A stretch of DNA of 64,000 nt from an uncultured Candidatus Saccharibacteria bacterium (GTDB lineage: Bacteria; Patescibacteriota; JABMPQ01; JAQVVF01), in assembly GCA_964574655.1 (NCBI GenBank), contig CAZNOH010000002.1, positions 108,596 to 172,595 on the forward strand, written 5' to 3'. Shown in pieces: positions 1-8,838 of this stretch. The position numbers and the translations under genes are program-made. The notes below the pieces were generated by a model that saw only the letters and a program-made list of their open reading frames with translations, was not told where the DNA came from and searched no databases. Each line of letters starts with the position of its first letter. Within the stretch, counting starts at the first letter, position 1.

Positions 1-468
1 ACATCAAAACCAGTTACTGATAGTCAACCTGGTACTGACCAACCCGGCACTGGCCAGTCAACAGCCGGTACTGTTTGTACTTGTAATAATAATGATACTG
101 ATTCAAGTAAAGATAAAGTTGGTTGCGACACTTTTTGCCAAGGTCAAGGACGTAATGGGGTTAAAACTTTCACACCGCCACAACAAGGCCCTGGACAACA
201 AATATCGGGAACCAGCATCACCAATCCAATCGGAGTTAGTTCGCCGATGGAATTAATCCAAAAAATAATAAATTATGTTTTAGGTATCGTTGGCGCTGTA
301 GCAGTTTTGATTATTATCTATTCAGGCTTTGTCTATATGACATCTCGTGGTAATGAAAAGCAAATAGAATCCGCAAAAAATTCTCTTACTTATGCAATTG
401 TAGGGTTAGTTGTGATTTTTGCTTCAATTATTATTGTTAATGCAGTTATATCGGCTATTGGAGGATAA
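1..468 (+). CDS. 3' part of a larger secreted protein ending in a VirB2/TrbC-like (CPR T4SS-pilin type) two-helix membrane module; 5' end lies outside the window
   Basis: Frame 1 is open from nt 1 to the stop at 466-468. The last ~70 aa carry the IYSGFVYMTSRGNEKQIESAKNSLTYAIVG motif shared with the four downstream pilin genes. The upstream part is Gly/Pro/Thr/Cys-rich. Confidence 0.6.
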   Translation, partial: TSKPVTDSQPGTDQPGTGQSTAGTVCTCNNNDTDSSKDKVGCDTFCQGQGRNGVKTFTPPQQGPGQQISGTSITNPIGVSSPMELIQKIINYVLGIVGAVAVLIIIYSGFVYMTSRGNEKQIESAKNSLTYAIVGLVVIFASIIIVNAVISAIGG

Positions 469-490
469 GAAATAATAATTTTCAATAACC

Positions 491-593
491 AATTTCCAAT
501 TTACAATAAATTTTCAATTCTCAATTTTCAAACTCGAACGGAAAAGGGCTCATTGGAAATTGAGAATTGAAAATTTATTGTAAATTGGAAATT
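491..593. repeat. long inverted repeat: ~37-bp near-perfect arms (aatttccaatttacaataaattttcaattctcaattt / rc), ~29-nt loop with a GC core (aactcgaacgg)
   Basis: Read directly: 491-527 pairs with 557-593. It belongs to the caattt/aaattg word subfamily, also seen at 57081-57217. Confidence 0.85.
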
Positions 594-613
594 GTAAATT
601 ATAACAAAATTAT

Positions 614-1039
614 ATGAAAAAAATATCAATTTTCGTTGCAACATTATTAACAAGTCTTATAACATTTCAAGTAGTCTTTGCAAAATGGGGCCTTGAAAAT
701 TTAGCTGATACAGGCTTGCCACAAGACACACCAGGTGCATTTATCGCTAGAATAGTTAGTTACGCCCTAGGTTTTATTGGCATTATTTTAATAGTAATGA
801 TTATTTACGGCGGATTTTTGTATATGACAGGAGGAGGCAATGAAAAGCAAACAGAAACAGCAAAAAATGTCCTTACCTATGCAATCATTGGCGCTGTTGT
901 AATTTTTTCCGCTTACATTATTGCCAGACTAGTTATTTCTGCTTTGACCTCCGGAGCTACACCAGCTCCAACCACGCAGGAAACAACGCCACCAGCAACA
1001 ACATTGCCGACTACTACGCCACCGGCAACAACACCCTAG
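614..1039 (+). CDS. VirB2/TrbC-like T4SS pilin-module protein with a Thr/Pro-rich C-terminal tail
   Basis: Signal peptide MKKISIFVATLLTSLITFQVVFA. Two hydrophobic helices flank the loop YMTGGGNEKQTETAKNVLTYAIIG. The C-terminus is TPAPTTQETTPPATT. Confidence 0.7.
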   Translation: MKKISIFVATLLTSLITFQVVFAKWGLENLADTGLPQDTPGAFIARIVSYALGFIGIILIVMIIYGGFLYMTGGGNEKQTETAKNVLTYAIIGAVVIFSAYIIARLVISALTSGATPAPTTQETTPPATTLPTTTPPATTP

Positions 1040-1075
1040 TCTAGTCAATTTTAGTCCGTCAATCAAAGTTCTAGT

Positions 1076-1834
1076 TTGCAACAATTAAAAAGAATGTTTA
1101 AAAAAATAATTTTCATTTTCTTATTTATCTTAGTTTTGGGTAACTTATTAGTTCCTCATTTTTCTTTTGCTCAATATGGCTTAGAAGAGGGTCAAAAAAT
1201 TCAAGGATTATCACAAAGCGCGCCAGAAATATTCGTTGGCAGAATAATAAAGGCAGTATTATTAGTTATTGGCGTTATTTTGATAGTCTTAATAATCTAT
1301 GGCGGTTTTACCTATGCGACAGCAATGGGGAACGAACAAAAAATTGAAACAGGCAAAAAAATACTGGTTTACGCTATCATTGGCACGATCATAATCGCTT
1401 TAGCATACGCAATTACTACTTTAGTCATTAATGTTTTATTTCCAAAAGACAAAACAGGAACAACACAAACTCAAGATCCAACAAAAACCGAAGGCCAAGG
1501 GCAAGGCCTTAAGGATCTTCCGGGCTCAAACATGACCATTGATCCTTTTTCTGAAGAAACATGCGTAAAAGTAGGCGAAAAATGTCTTTTTTCTCCGGAA
1601 GCTTCAGTCGAAGATGGAACATTGCATGTTCAAGGCGCAACACCTGCTAATATTTGTTGTAGCGGCCTAGATTGCAATCTCAGCACTCAAACCTGCGTCA
1701 AAAAATGCGCTAATAATGGTGAAAGCTTTGTTAGAGAAACATTAACCAAAAGAGAATATATCCCTTGTTGTTCAGCTGATTTAGTCAGAAACACAGATCT
1801 AAGCAATCCGATATGCTATAAACCAAAATTATAG
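1076..1834 (+). CDS. pilin-module protein with a C-terminal Cys-rich (about 14 Cys) extracellular extension
   Basis: Signal peptide plus IYGGFTYATAMGNEQKIETGKKILVYAIIG motif, then a Cys-rich domain (CVKVGEKC...CCSGLDCN...CVKKC...CCSADL...CY). Confidence 0.65.
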   Translation: MQQLKRMFKKIIFIFLFILVLGNLLVPHFSFAQYGLEEGQKIQGLSQSAPEIFVGRIIKAVLLVIGVILIVLIIYGGFTYATAMGNEQKIETGKKILVYAIIGTIIIALAYAITTLVINVLFPKDKTGTTQTQDPTKTEGQGQGLKDLPGSNMTIDPFSEETCVKVGEKCLFSPEASVEDGTLHVQGATPANICCSGLDCNLSTQTCVKKCANNGESFVRETLTKREYIPCCSADLVRNTDLSNPICYKPKL

Positions 1835-1873
1835 CATATAGCAAAGCCATGATTTTTAATTCTTGATGAATTT

Positions 1874-2278
1874 ATGAATATAGTAAAGAACATAAAAACA
1901 ATATTAATTTGTCTAGTCATATTTTTTAGTTTTCAGATGTTATTGCCAGCACAAGTCTTTTCAGCCGACGATACAGGTGTTCCCGAAATAAATCAACAAA
2001 TGGAGGAATTTGGTTCAACAACTCCAGTCTCAACAGCAGATCTTCCAACATTCGTTGGCAGAATAATAAAATGGGTTATACTAATCATCGGCGTTATTCT
2101 AATCACAGTGATTATTTATGGAGGATTGACCTATGCTACTGCTGCTGGGAGCCAAGAAAAAACAGAGTCAGCCAAAAAGATTTTAGTTTATGCTATAATT
2201 GGTGTGATCATCATTGCCTTGGCCTATGTTCTGACTGATTTTATTATCAATGCTTTATTTGAATCTAGGTCTACATAA
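1874..2278 (+). CDS. VirB2/TrbC-like T4SS pilin-module protein
   Basis: Signal peptide, then IYGGLTYATAAGSQEKTESAKKILVYAIIGVIIIALAYVLTDFIINALF. Confidence 0.7.
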   Translation: MNIVKNIKTILICLVIFFSFQMLLPAQVFSADDTGVPEINQQMEEFGSTTPVSTADLPTFVGRIIKWVILIIGVILITVIIYGGLTYATAAGSQEKTESAKKILVYAIIGVIIIALAYVLTDFIINALFESRST

Positions 2279-2416
2279 AATCCTAAGCTCAAAATCCTAA
2301 AATTCCTAATGTTCAAAACATGGCAATCAATTTATTAGTTATTTAGAATTTTGAATTTATTTAGAATTTTGGATTTAGGATTTAGTATTTTAATTTTAAG
2401 AAAGGGGGTGATAGAA

Positions 2417-2803
2417 TTGACAAAAATATTTGCAAGCATAGCGATCTGCGCAATACTAGTATTATGTGTTGCTCCAGTTTTGGCTGCTCCAGCAAGATCA
2501 AATCCTGGTGATTCAGGACCGCAGAATGCTTTGGAAAACCTTAGAAATGAAGCCAATTATACCACCACTGATTTAATAACATTCATTGGTAGAATCATTA
2601 AATGGGTATTGGGAATAATCGGTGTAGTTATGATTGCTTTATTCGTTTACGGCGGTGTTACATACGCAACTTCAGCTGGTTCTGAAGAAAAAATTGAGAA
2701 TGGTAAGAAAATTATGGTTTACACAATCATTGGTGTTATCATAATTGCTTTGGCATATGTTCTGACAGACTTCATTATTTCAGCTTTATTCCCAACATTC
2801 TAA
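2417..2803 (+). CDS. VirB2/TrbC-like T4SS pilin-module protein (probable TTG start after a strong SD)
   Basis: SD aaagggggtga is followed by in-frame TTG at 2417. Signal peptide LTKIFASIAICAILVLCVAPVLA. Motif VYGGVTYATSAGSEEKIENGKKIMVYTIIG. The track ORF starting at 2351 is probably over-extended. Confidence 0.65.
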   Translation: MTKIFASIAICAILVLCVAPVLAAPARSNPGDSGPQNALENLRNEANYTTTDLITFIGRIIKWVLGIIGVVMIALFVYGGVTYATSAGSEEKIENGKKIMVYTIIGVIIIALAYVLTDFIISALFPTF

Positions 2804-2832
2804 GGCATAATAAAAATATATTTTTATTCAAG

Positions 2833-2868
2833 ACAGGCCACTATCAATTTAGCGAGCCTGTTTTTATT
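2833..2868 (+). terminator. intrinsic terminator hairpin (acaggc...gcctgt plus T-run) after the pilin array
   Basis: Stem 2833-2838 / 2856-2861 followed by ttttatt. Confidence 0.5.
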
Positions 2869-2988
2869 ATGGTAAAATATAATACGAATACGAGTACGAA
2901 TGATGCGAATGATACAAATTACGAATCGACGCATTCGTAATTCGCAATATTCGCATTATTCGTATTGTCATTCGTATTATATTTAGAC
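2869..2988. repeat. intergenic palindromic element, tacgaat/attcgta word subfamily
   Basis: aatacgaatacgagtacgaatgatgcgaatg...acgaatcgacgcattcgtaattcgcaatattcgcattattcgtattg. It shares ttcgcattattcgta and the terminal cattcgtattat with the copies at 32420-32556 and 57887-58020. Confidence 0.8.
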
Positions 2989-4650
2989 ATGTTCAAAAAA
3001 CAGCCCATAATATTAGCAATGGCCATAATTATTTACGTAGCATTTTTCACAATGTTATGTTTTTTGAAATACGACAATTTTTTATATCAAGAATTAGATT
3101 TAGGCATAATTAATCAAGTTTTTTACAATTTAGCAAACAATATTTCATTTTACTCGGCAATACAAAATCAAAGCTATCTTGGCGACCATTTTTCGCCAAT
3201 CATCATTATATTATTGCCATTTTATTATTTTTTTCAAAGTCCAAAAACATTATTGATTTTGCAGACTATTATTTTAAGTTTAGCAGCAATTCCAATCTAT
3301 CTGATTGCAAAAGAAAAACTCAAAAACAAAAATCTAGCACTAATTGCCGGTCTAATTTTCTTAGCTAATCCAGCATTGCATAGCGTTAATTTATATGAGT
3401 TTAGTTTTTTGTCTTTTGCCGTTTTTTTATTGCTAGTTACATATCATTCATTCCAGAAGAAAGTGTTTTCTTATTTTCTTGTTTTCTTATTGCTATGTTT
3501 GCTAGTTCGTGAAGATCTCGCTCTAATTATATTCATGTTTGGAATCTATGCTTTATTAAAAAAACGCCAACTAAAATGGATTCTGCCACCAATGATTATA
3601 AGCATTATTTACTTTATTTTAAGTTTAAAAATAATTAGTTATTTTAATGTTGATAATAGTTACAAATTTATAATTCACTATTCATGGCTGGGGAATAGCA
3701 TCAGGGATTTATTCATTAATTTTTTTCTAAAATTTCCAGATATCTTTTTACACTTTCTAAATTTAGAAAACATAATATTTATTTTATACTTATTAATTCC
3801 AGTTTTTTTCTTACCAGTTTTTGGAAAAAAGACGCTTATATTTTTTATTCCAATTCTACTCCAATTTGGCTTGGCAAATTCTGGATTTAAAGGCATCTTT
3901 TTTACTCATTATCTATCATTATTTGTTCCATTTATTTTTATATCCGCAATCTATGGTGTTTCTCTAATTCTATCTCCAATACGTCTAATGCCATCTCGAA
4001 TTCAGTCATCAAAGATTTATAAGAAAATTTGTTTTGGTAAAATAAAAATAAATTTAGGCAGAAAAGAATACATTTTAATTTTATTTCTATTAATTTTTAT
4101 AACAATTTCTAGCAATATTGGTTTTAGTCCCTCATACAATTTGCCCAAAAAGCTAATAAAAGTTGATTCAGAAAAAGGTAAAAACAAACAAAATCTAGTT
4201 GATGAAATTCCAAAATGCCGATGCTCTAAAAATTACATTTTAGCCACAAATGATTTCTTGCCAGTCTTATCTAACAACGAAAATTTATACTCAGCTTTTT
4301 ATTTGGTAAAAGGAAAAAAGCAATATTCAAATCAGGATTATGATATTCCAAAATTAAATTATGCTTTAATCAATTATGAGCAATTTATTAAGAGCTGTCA
4401 GAATCAAGAAAATTTATCGCAGAATAAAAACATTTGTAAACAGGCAAAAAAGAGATTAAAAAATGTATTATTGCAAAACAAGCTTTCGCCAAAAAAAATA
4501 ATTGAAAATAATGTTTTATATTCTAGCAATTATCAATCTGAAAAAACATTTCAATCTTTGCAAAAAAAAGAATCAGATATTATCATTAATCTAAGCAAAA
4601 AGAAATATAATGTTATGCTTGACGAATCATCATTAGAAATTGAAAATTAA
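2989..4650 (+). CDS. polytopic membrane protein, DUF2079-like (putative GT-C-type envelope glycosyltransferase)
   Basis: At least 10 hydrophobic segments. N-terminal motifs LDLGIINQVFYNL and YLGDHFSPIIIILLP resemble the DUF2079 family. ATG 2989 is preferred because the upstream TTG start lies inside the palindromic element. Confidence 0.5.
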   Translation: MFKKQPIILAMAIIIYVAFFTMLCFLKYDNFLYQELDLGIINQVFYNLANNISFYSAIQNQSYLGDHFSPIIIILLPFYYFFQSPKTLLILQTIILSLAAIPIYLIAKEKLKNKNLALIAGLIFLANPALHSVNLYEFSFLSFAVFLLLVTYHSFQKKVFSYFLVFLLLCLLVREDLALIIFMFGIYALLKKRQLKWILPPMIISIIYFILSLKIISYFNVDNSYKFIIHYSWLGNSIRDLFINFFLKFPDIFLHFLNLENIIFILYLLIPVFFLPVFGKKTLIFFIPILLQFGLANSGFKGIFFTHYLSLFVPFIFISAIYGVSLILSPIRLMPSRIQSSKIYKKICFGKIKINLGRKEYILILFLLIFITISSNIGFSPSYNLPKKLIKVDSEKGKNKQNLVDEIPKCRCSKNYILATNDFLPVLSNNENLYSAFYLVKGKKQYSNQDYDIPKLNYALINYEQFIKSCQNQENLSQNKNICKQAKKRLKNVLLQNKLSPKKIIENNVLYSSNYQSEKTFQSLQKKESDIIINLSKKKYNVMLDESSLEIEN

Positions 4651-4653
4651 TTT

Positions 4654-6246
4654 ATGTTAAGTAGCATTACGAAAAAAGAATGGCTCGTAGTTTCATTAAT
4701 TGCTTTAATAACAATTACTATTGTTATTGCGCCATATTTATTTGGCTATTTTACTACTCCTCAAAACATGATTTTTACTGGCGTTACTTTTGATCAGGAT
4801 TATTCCTATTTCTCCATGATGGAGCAAGCAAAAGAAGGAAAAATACTATTCAAAAATCTTTATACGTCAGAAGACCATCAGGCAATTTTTTTCAGGCCGT
4901 TGTTTTTATTTATGGGGCTATTTGCAAAATTTTTGCATCTGTCCAATTTTTTTGTTTTCCATTTATTTAAAATAATTTTTGTTGCCATTTTTATATTTTT
5001 GGCTTACAAGTTCATCTCAATCTTCTTTAGCGAAAAAATAAATCGCATAATTTGTTTGATAATTCTTCTATTTTCATCAGGTTTTGGTTTTTTAGGGCAG
5101 AGATTATTTAGTTATCTATCAACAGATCTTTGGATACCAGAATCACAGACCTTTGCTTCATTTTTCACTCAGCCTCATTTTGTTTTATCGCAAATTTTAA
5201 TTCTAGTTTGTTTTATTTGTTTATTAAAGAAAGAGCTTCGTTTTGCTCTCTTGGCAGGTCTGGCAAATTTTATTTTAGGTTTAGAGCATCCATTCGATTT
5301 GCCTGTCACGCTTTTAGTCCCATTTATTTATTTCATAATTTTATTCTTCTGGAAAAAAGAAAACAGAATTATGAATTATCTAATTTATTGCGCTATCTCA
5401 GTCGTACCAGTTATCTATCAATATTGGACAATGAAGATTGAGCCTATTGCCAAAGCCTGGAATGATCAAAACATTTTGAAATCGCCAGAAATTTTAGCCT
5501 GGATAGTCGGTTATGGCATCATCACAATCTTTGCAATTATTGGTTTCTTAAAATTTTTCAAAAATAAAAATAAAAATTTATTATTAATTAATATTTGGGC
5601 AATTGTTAATGTCTGTTTGCTATATTTGCCAGTCAATTTTCAAAGGCGAATGTCTGAAGGCTTGCATATTCCCTTGACTATTTTGGCAACTTTCGGTATT
5701 CTCATGGTTTATAATTTTTTGAATAAAAAAAGCATTAAGCACAAAATTCACACCCATATTCCAAAGATTGCTTTTTTATGGGTAATCGCTTTATCTCTGC
5801 CTTTTAGCAATATAAATCGCGTTGCTAATTATTTCAATAATTATGCTAAAGCAAAAGCATTGCCTTATTATTTCAGCCAGGACTTTTTTCAAGCTACAAA
5901 ATACTTTAACGACAATAAAATATTTGATCAAACAATTTTGGCTTCGCAAAAAAATGGTCCATTCATTTCAGGTCTGACAACAAACAGAGTTTATCTTGGA
6001 TTTGTTTTTCAGACCAAAGATTATTCTATCAAAAAAGATACTGTTGCATGGTTCTTCAAAGATAATCAGAAAATTAAACAAAAACAAGAATTTTTGCAGA
6101 AGAGAAATATCAAATATATCTTGTACGGTCCAGAAGAAAAAAAGCTTGGCAAAATTAATTTAGACAAAAAAGACTTCTTGGAAAAAGTCTATCAGAATGG
6201 TAGTTATGCTATTTACAAGATAAATGACAAAAAAACAAAAACTTAA
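4654..6246 (+). CDS. polytopic membrane protein with a C-terminal soluble domain (GT-C-like glycosyltransferase candidate)
   Basis: Many transmembrane segments followed by a hydrophilic ~150-aa tail. It lies 4 nt after the previous gene. Confidence 0.45.
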   Translation: MLSSITKKEWLVVSLIALITITIVIAPYLFGYFTTPQNMIFTGVTFDQDYSYFSMMEQAKEGKILFKNLYTSEDHQAIFFRPLFLFMGLFAKFLHLSNFFVFHLFKIIFVAIFIFLAYKFISIFFSEKINRIICLIILLFSSGFGFLGQRLFSYLSTDLWIPESQTFASFFTQPHFVLSQILILVCFICLLKKELRFALLAGLANFILGLEHPFDLPVTLLVPFIYFIILFFWKKENRIMNYLIYCAISVVPVIYQYWTMKIEPIAKAWNDQNILKSPEILAWIVGYGIITIFAIIGFLKFFKNKNKNLLLINIWAIVNVCLLYLPVNFQRRMSEGLHIPLTILATFGILMVYNFLNKKSIKHKIHTHIPKIAFLWVIALSLPFSNINRVANYFNNYAKAKALPYYFSQDFFQATKYFNDNKIFDQTILASQKNGPFISGLTTNRVYLGFVFQTKDYSIKKDTVAWFFKDNQKIKQKQEFLQKRNIKYILYGPEEKKLGKINLDKKDFLEKVYQNGSYAIYKINDKKTKT

Positions 6247-6355
6247 AAAACAAACAAAACACAAATAACAAAAAACAAACTATAATTCAAAGTTTGTTTT
6301 TTTTGTAGTTTGTAATTTGGAATTTGTTTGTTTTTTGTCTTTTTGTAATTTTATT
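6247..6355. repeat. intergenic palindromic element, acaaaca/tgtttgt word subfamily
   Basis: aaaaacaaacaaaacacaaataacaaaaaacaaact...agtttgttttttttgtagtttgtaatttggaatttgtttgttttttg. Same subfamily as 31454-31597. Confidence 0.75.
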
Positions 6356-6358
6356 TTT

Positions 6359-7945
6359 TTATTTCAGTTTATAAATTCTGCAATATTTTGAATCAAATAC
6401 TTTTTCAAATCTATCATCATCATTAAACATACTAAAAACTTTCTTATTCTTATTATTAACTAAAACATAATTAGATTTAAAGTCGTTTTTTATAGTCAAA
6501 TAAGCATCATCTTCTTCTTTTGAAATATTTTGCCATTTATTATACAAATCCAGATTATAATTATAAGTAAAAGTAGGGTCTAAGCCAAAGCCATAATAAT
6601 TTTCACTATTATTCAAAAATAATGGTGGAAAATCGCTCCAATCTAGATTCAAAATAATAGTATTTTTGGGTGTATTATTTTTAATCCAAAGAGCAGCTTT
6701 CTCTAAATCTGGCACATTTTTGGCCGAAGAATTGCCAATGCTGGCTTGTGCAGAAATCATATTGCTTACCCCAATAGAGATGATAGCAACTAAAACAAAA
6801 AGAAAAGCAAAAGACTTAAAAAATAAAAGAAAATATTGTTTTAGCCATGTTCTAATAGAATAAAAATGTTGTTTATTTTCTAAGACAATCAAAATTTGCT
6901 TAAACCATTTTTGATAATCTATTCTCTCCAATAAATCGCTCAAACAAAAAGCGCCAAAAAGTAAACAAAGAGGAACCATTAATTCAACAAATCTTTGTGA
7001 TCGCAGAGTCAAAGCAAAAAACAAAGTTGAAATAACAAAAAGAGTTATTTTAAAAGCAAATAGCTCTTTTTTTATTTTGTATTTTTTCAAAATAATATCT
7101 ATTATCAAAACAACAATTCCAGCAACATATGCGACAACTGCTAAAAAATTATTGGTCAAAAAATCCCAATCTTTGAACGGAGACCATTCTGCCCCAACTG
7201 GAATTTTTGTAAATGGCCCAGTTCCCAAAACTTGAATTTTCAAAAAAGAATAGAAATTTCTAGCATAGGGATTAGTCAAAATACTTAAAACAATTGCGCC
7301 TAAACAAATCAATATTTCTTTCCATTCAAATCTTTTTACAAAAATTAATCTAGTTAAATAAAAAATAAAAGCAAAAATAATTAAAAATATAAAACCGCCA
7401 TATAGCCAAACATAAAAGAAAGAAAACAAGGCAATCAAAAAATATTTCAGCCATTTAATTTTAAAATCATAATAAAAGCTAAACAAAATCATAATCAAAA
7501 AAAACAAAGATAAGGCAGGCACGCGGATCAAAATCATTCTAAACAAAAAAGAGCTTGAACTAAACAATAATAAAATCGCCCACCAAAAAGAAAAAGAAAT
7601 CTTATTTTTTTCTAGAATTAAATAAAAAGCCAGAACAGCTAAAGACGCAAACAGAATATCAGCAATCTTTGCGCCAATTATTGGATCTATTGCAACGAAA
7701 GGGATTAACAGAATATGAAACAAAAAATGATGATCAACGTAATGATCTTTCAAGGTAGAGAATTGCATCCACGGAAAATCTTGAAAAACAAATTTTCCGT
7801 CAATCATCATCTCCGTAATTTTGACATGATAATAAGAATCAGGACACAAAAATAATTCCAGCGAAAATTGCAGAATAGAAAAAACAGTTACAGCAATTAA
7901 GAAAACTAAAATATACTTTAAAATTTTGAAATTTCTTTGTTTCAT
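6359..7945 (-). CDS. polytopic membrane protein, ArnT/PMT-like GT-C glycosyltransferase candidate
   Basis: 12+ hydrophobic segments and a C-terminal periplasmic-type domain. Family assignment is by architecture only. Confidence 0.45.
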   Translation of the reverse strand: MKQRNFKILKYILVFLIAVTVFSILQFSLELFLCPDSYYHVKITEMMIDGKFVFQDFPWMQFSTLKDHYVDHHFLFHILLIPFVAIDPIIGAKIADILFASLAVLAFYLILEKNKISFSFWWAILLLFSSSSFLFRMILIRVPALSLFFLIMILFSFYYDFKIKWLKYFLIALFSFFYVWLYGGFIFLIIFAFIFYLTRLIFVKRFEWKEILICLGAIVLSILTNPYARNFYSFLKIQVLGTGPFTKIPVGAEWSPFKDWDFLTNNFLAVVAYVAGIVVLIIDIILKKYKIKKELFAFKITLFVISTLFFALTLRSQRFVELMVPLCLLFGAFCLSDLLERIDYQKWFKQILIVLENKQHFYSIRTWLKQYFLLFFKSFAFLFVLVAIISIGVSNMISAQASIGNSSAKNVPDLEKAALWIKNNTPKNTIILNLDWSDFPPLFLNNSENYYGFGLDPTFTYNYNLDLYNKWQNISKEEDDAYLTIKNDFKSNYVLVNNKNKKVFSMFNDDDRFEKVFDSKYCRIYKLK

Positions 7946-7963
7946 AAAATATATTCTAACATA

Positions 7964-8013
7964 AAAAAATCAACAAAAAAATCAACAAAAAAATCAACAA
8001 AAATGTTGATTTA
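7964..8013 (-). terminator. 3x 12-nt tandem repeat (aaaaaaatcaac) ending in an aaatcaac/gttgattt hairpin; terminator of the GC-rich operon
   Basis: On the minus strand it reads as stem aaatcaac-attttt-gttgattt followed by a T-rich run, with two extra gttgattttttt copies. Confidence 0.55.
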
Positions 8014-8838
8014 ACCAATGAGCCATTTTGGAGAAGAATGAAATTTTGGATCTTCGTGTTTAAAGCTAACCTCTACTGGAAATTCCTGTCCGTTGTCCCT
8101 GAAACGAAAGACAATTTTTCGGGTAAGTTCATAATAAGCTCTCAGTTTTTTATTTTCTTCTGCTCTTTCGAAGTCGTCACGAGTAACCGGTTTCTCACCA
8201 TACCATTTTGAAATAAAGCCATGAAAAACGCCGTTGGCAAGAACATCATCTACGGCAACTGTAACAACATAACTAATTTGTTGATCATTATGCAGAACTA
8301 AAGAATCAATTAATTTATCGTGCAGATAAACATCTAAAAAAATACCTTCCCACAAATGAGTTGCATCATTAAATCTATATAGTCTTAACAGTATCATCCT
8401 TACAGCGTTTTCTCCATCAACAACTCGATTAGTAATTTTTTTAATTACACGAACTTTTTCATCGAGAGCTAGACTATGTATCTTATGTCCTTTTTTTACA
8501 TCAGTACTGCCATTTTTCTTCGGATGTGCTTTCTTTTCGACAGGAATATCAAGATAAAGAGCATTATTACCTGCAAATACCCCCTTTGAATCAAAAACAA
8601 AAGCATCTGCGTGCACTCCGCAAACATCATTTGGAATAAGAATATAATCTGTTACCGCTTCTCCTGTCTCATCTGTCGTAATCGTTGTTACAATTTTACC
8701 ATCAATTTTTATAATCACATCTTTATTTACACAGGGAATGCCTTCGTCAGAAAACAGTAACACAGACAAATAGATTCTCCACTTTTCCAGTTGCGAATCC
8801 CATTCGTTTTTTAGATGTCTTAATTGTATTCGCATCAT
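8011..8838 (-). CDS. hypothetical protein, last gene of the GC-rich operon
   Basis: 275-aa ORF with clearly higher GC than its surroundings. It overlaps the upstream gene by 4 nt (ATGA). I see no recognisable motif. Confidence 0.55.
   Translation of the reverse strand: MMRIQLRHLKNEWDSQLEKWRIYLSVLLFSDEGIPCVNKDVIIKIDGKIVTTITTDETGEAVTDYILIPNDVCGVHADAFVFDSKGVFAGNNALYLDIPVEKKAHPKKNGSTDVKKGHKIHSLALDEKVRVIKKITNRVVDGENAVRMILLRLYRFNDATHLWEGIFLDVYLHDKLIDSLVLHNDQQISYVVTVAVDDVLANGVFHGFISKWYGEKPVTRDDFERAEENKKLRAYYELTRKIVFRFRDNGQEFPVEVSFKHEDPKFHSSPKWLIG

Noticed and set aside
614-2803. Type IV (PilA-like) prepilins.
   Set aside because: There is no G/FTLxE prepilin-peptidase cleavage motif and no single long N-terminal helix. 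The proteins have a signal peptide plus two hydrophobic helices joined by a short polar loop. That is the VirB2/TrbC topology.
2965-2988. TTG-initiated 5' extensions of ORFs into the palindromic elements. Examples are 2965 for the DUF2079 gene, 32491 for infB, 31571 for DUF721 and 43746 for hup.
   Set aside because: The extensions translate the repeat arms. Internal ATGs right after the element give canonical N-termini. The IF-2 G domain, the HU MTKMALIEK start and the DUF721 start MSIFSL all agree with the shorter version.
2335-6863. Short antisense or embedded ORFs on the opposite strand of membrane-protein genes: 2335-2556 (-), 3678-3896 (-), 5130-5441 (+), 6666-6863 (+).
   Set aside because: They lie entirely within longer, well-supported genes. 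They have no SD or promoter and give AT-rich low-complexity translations.
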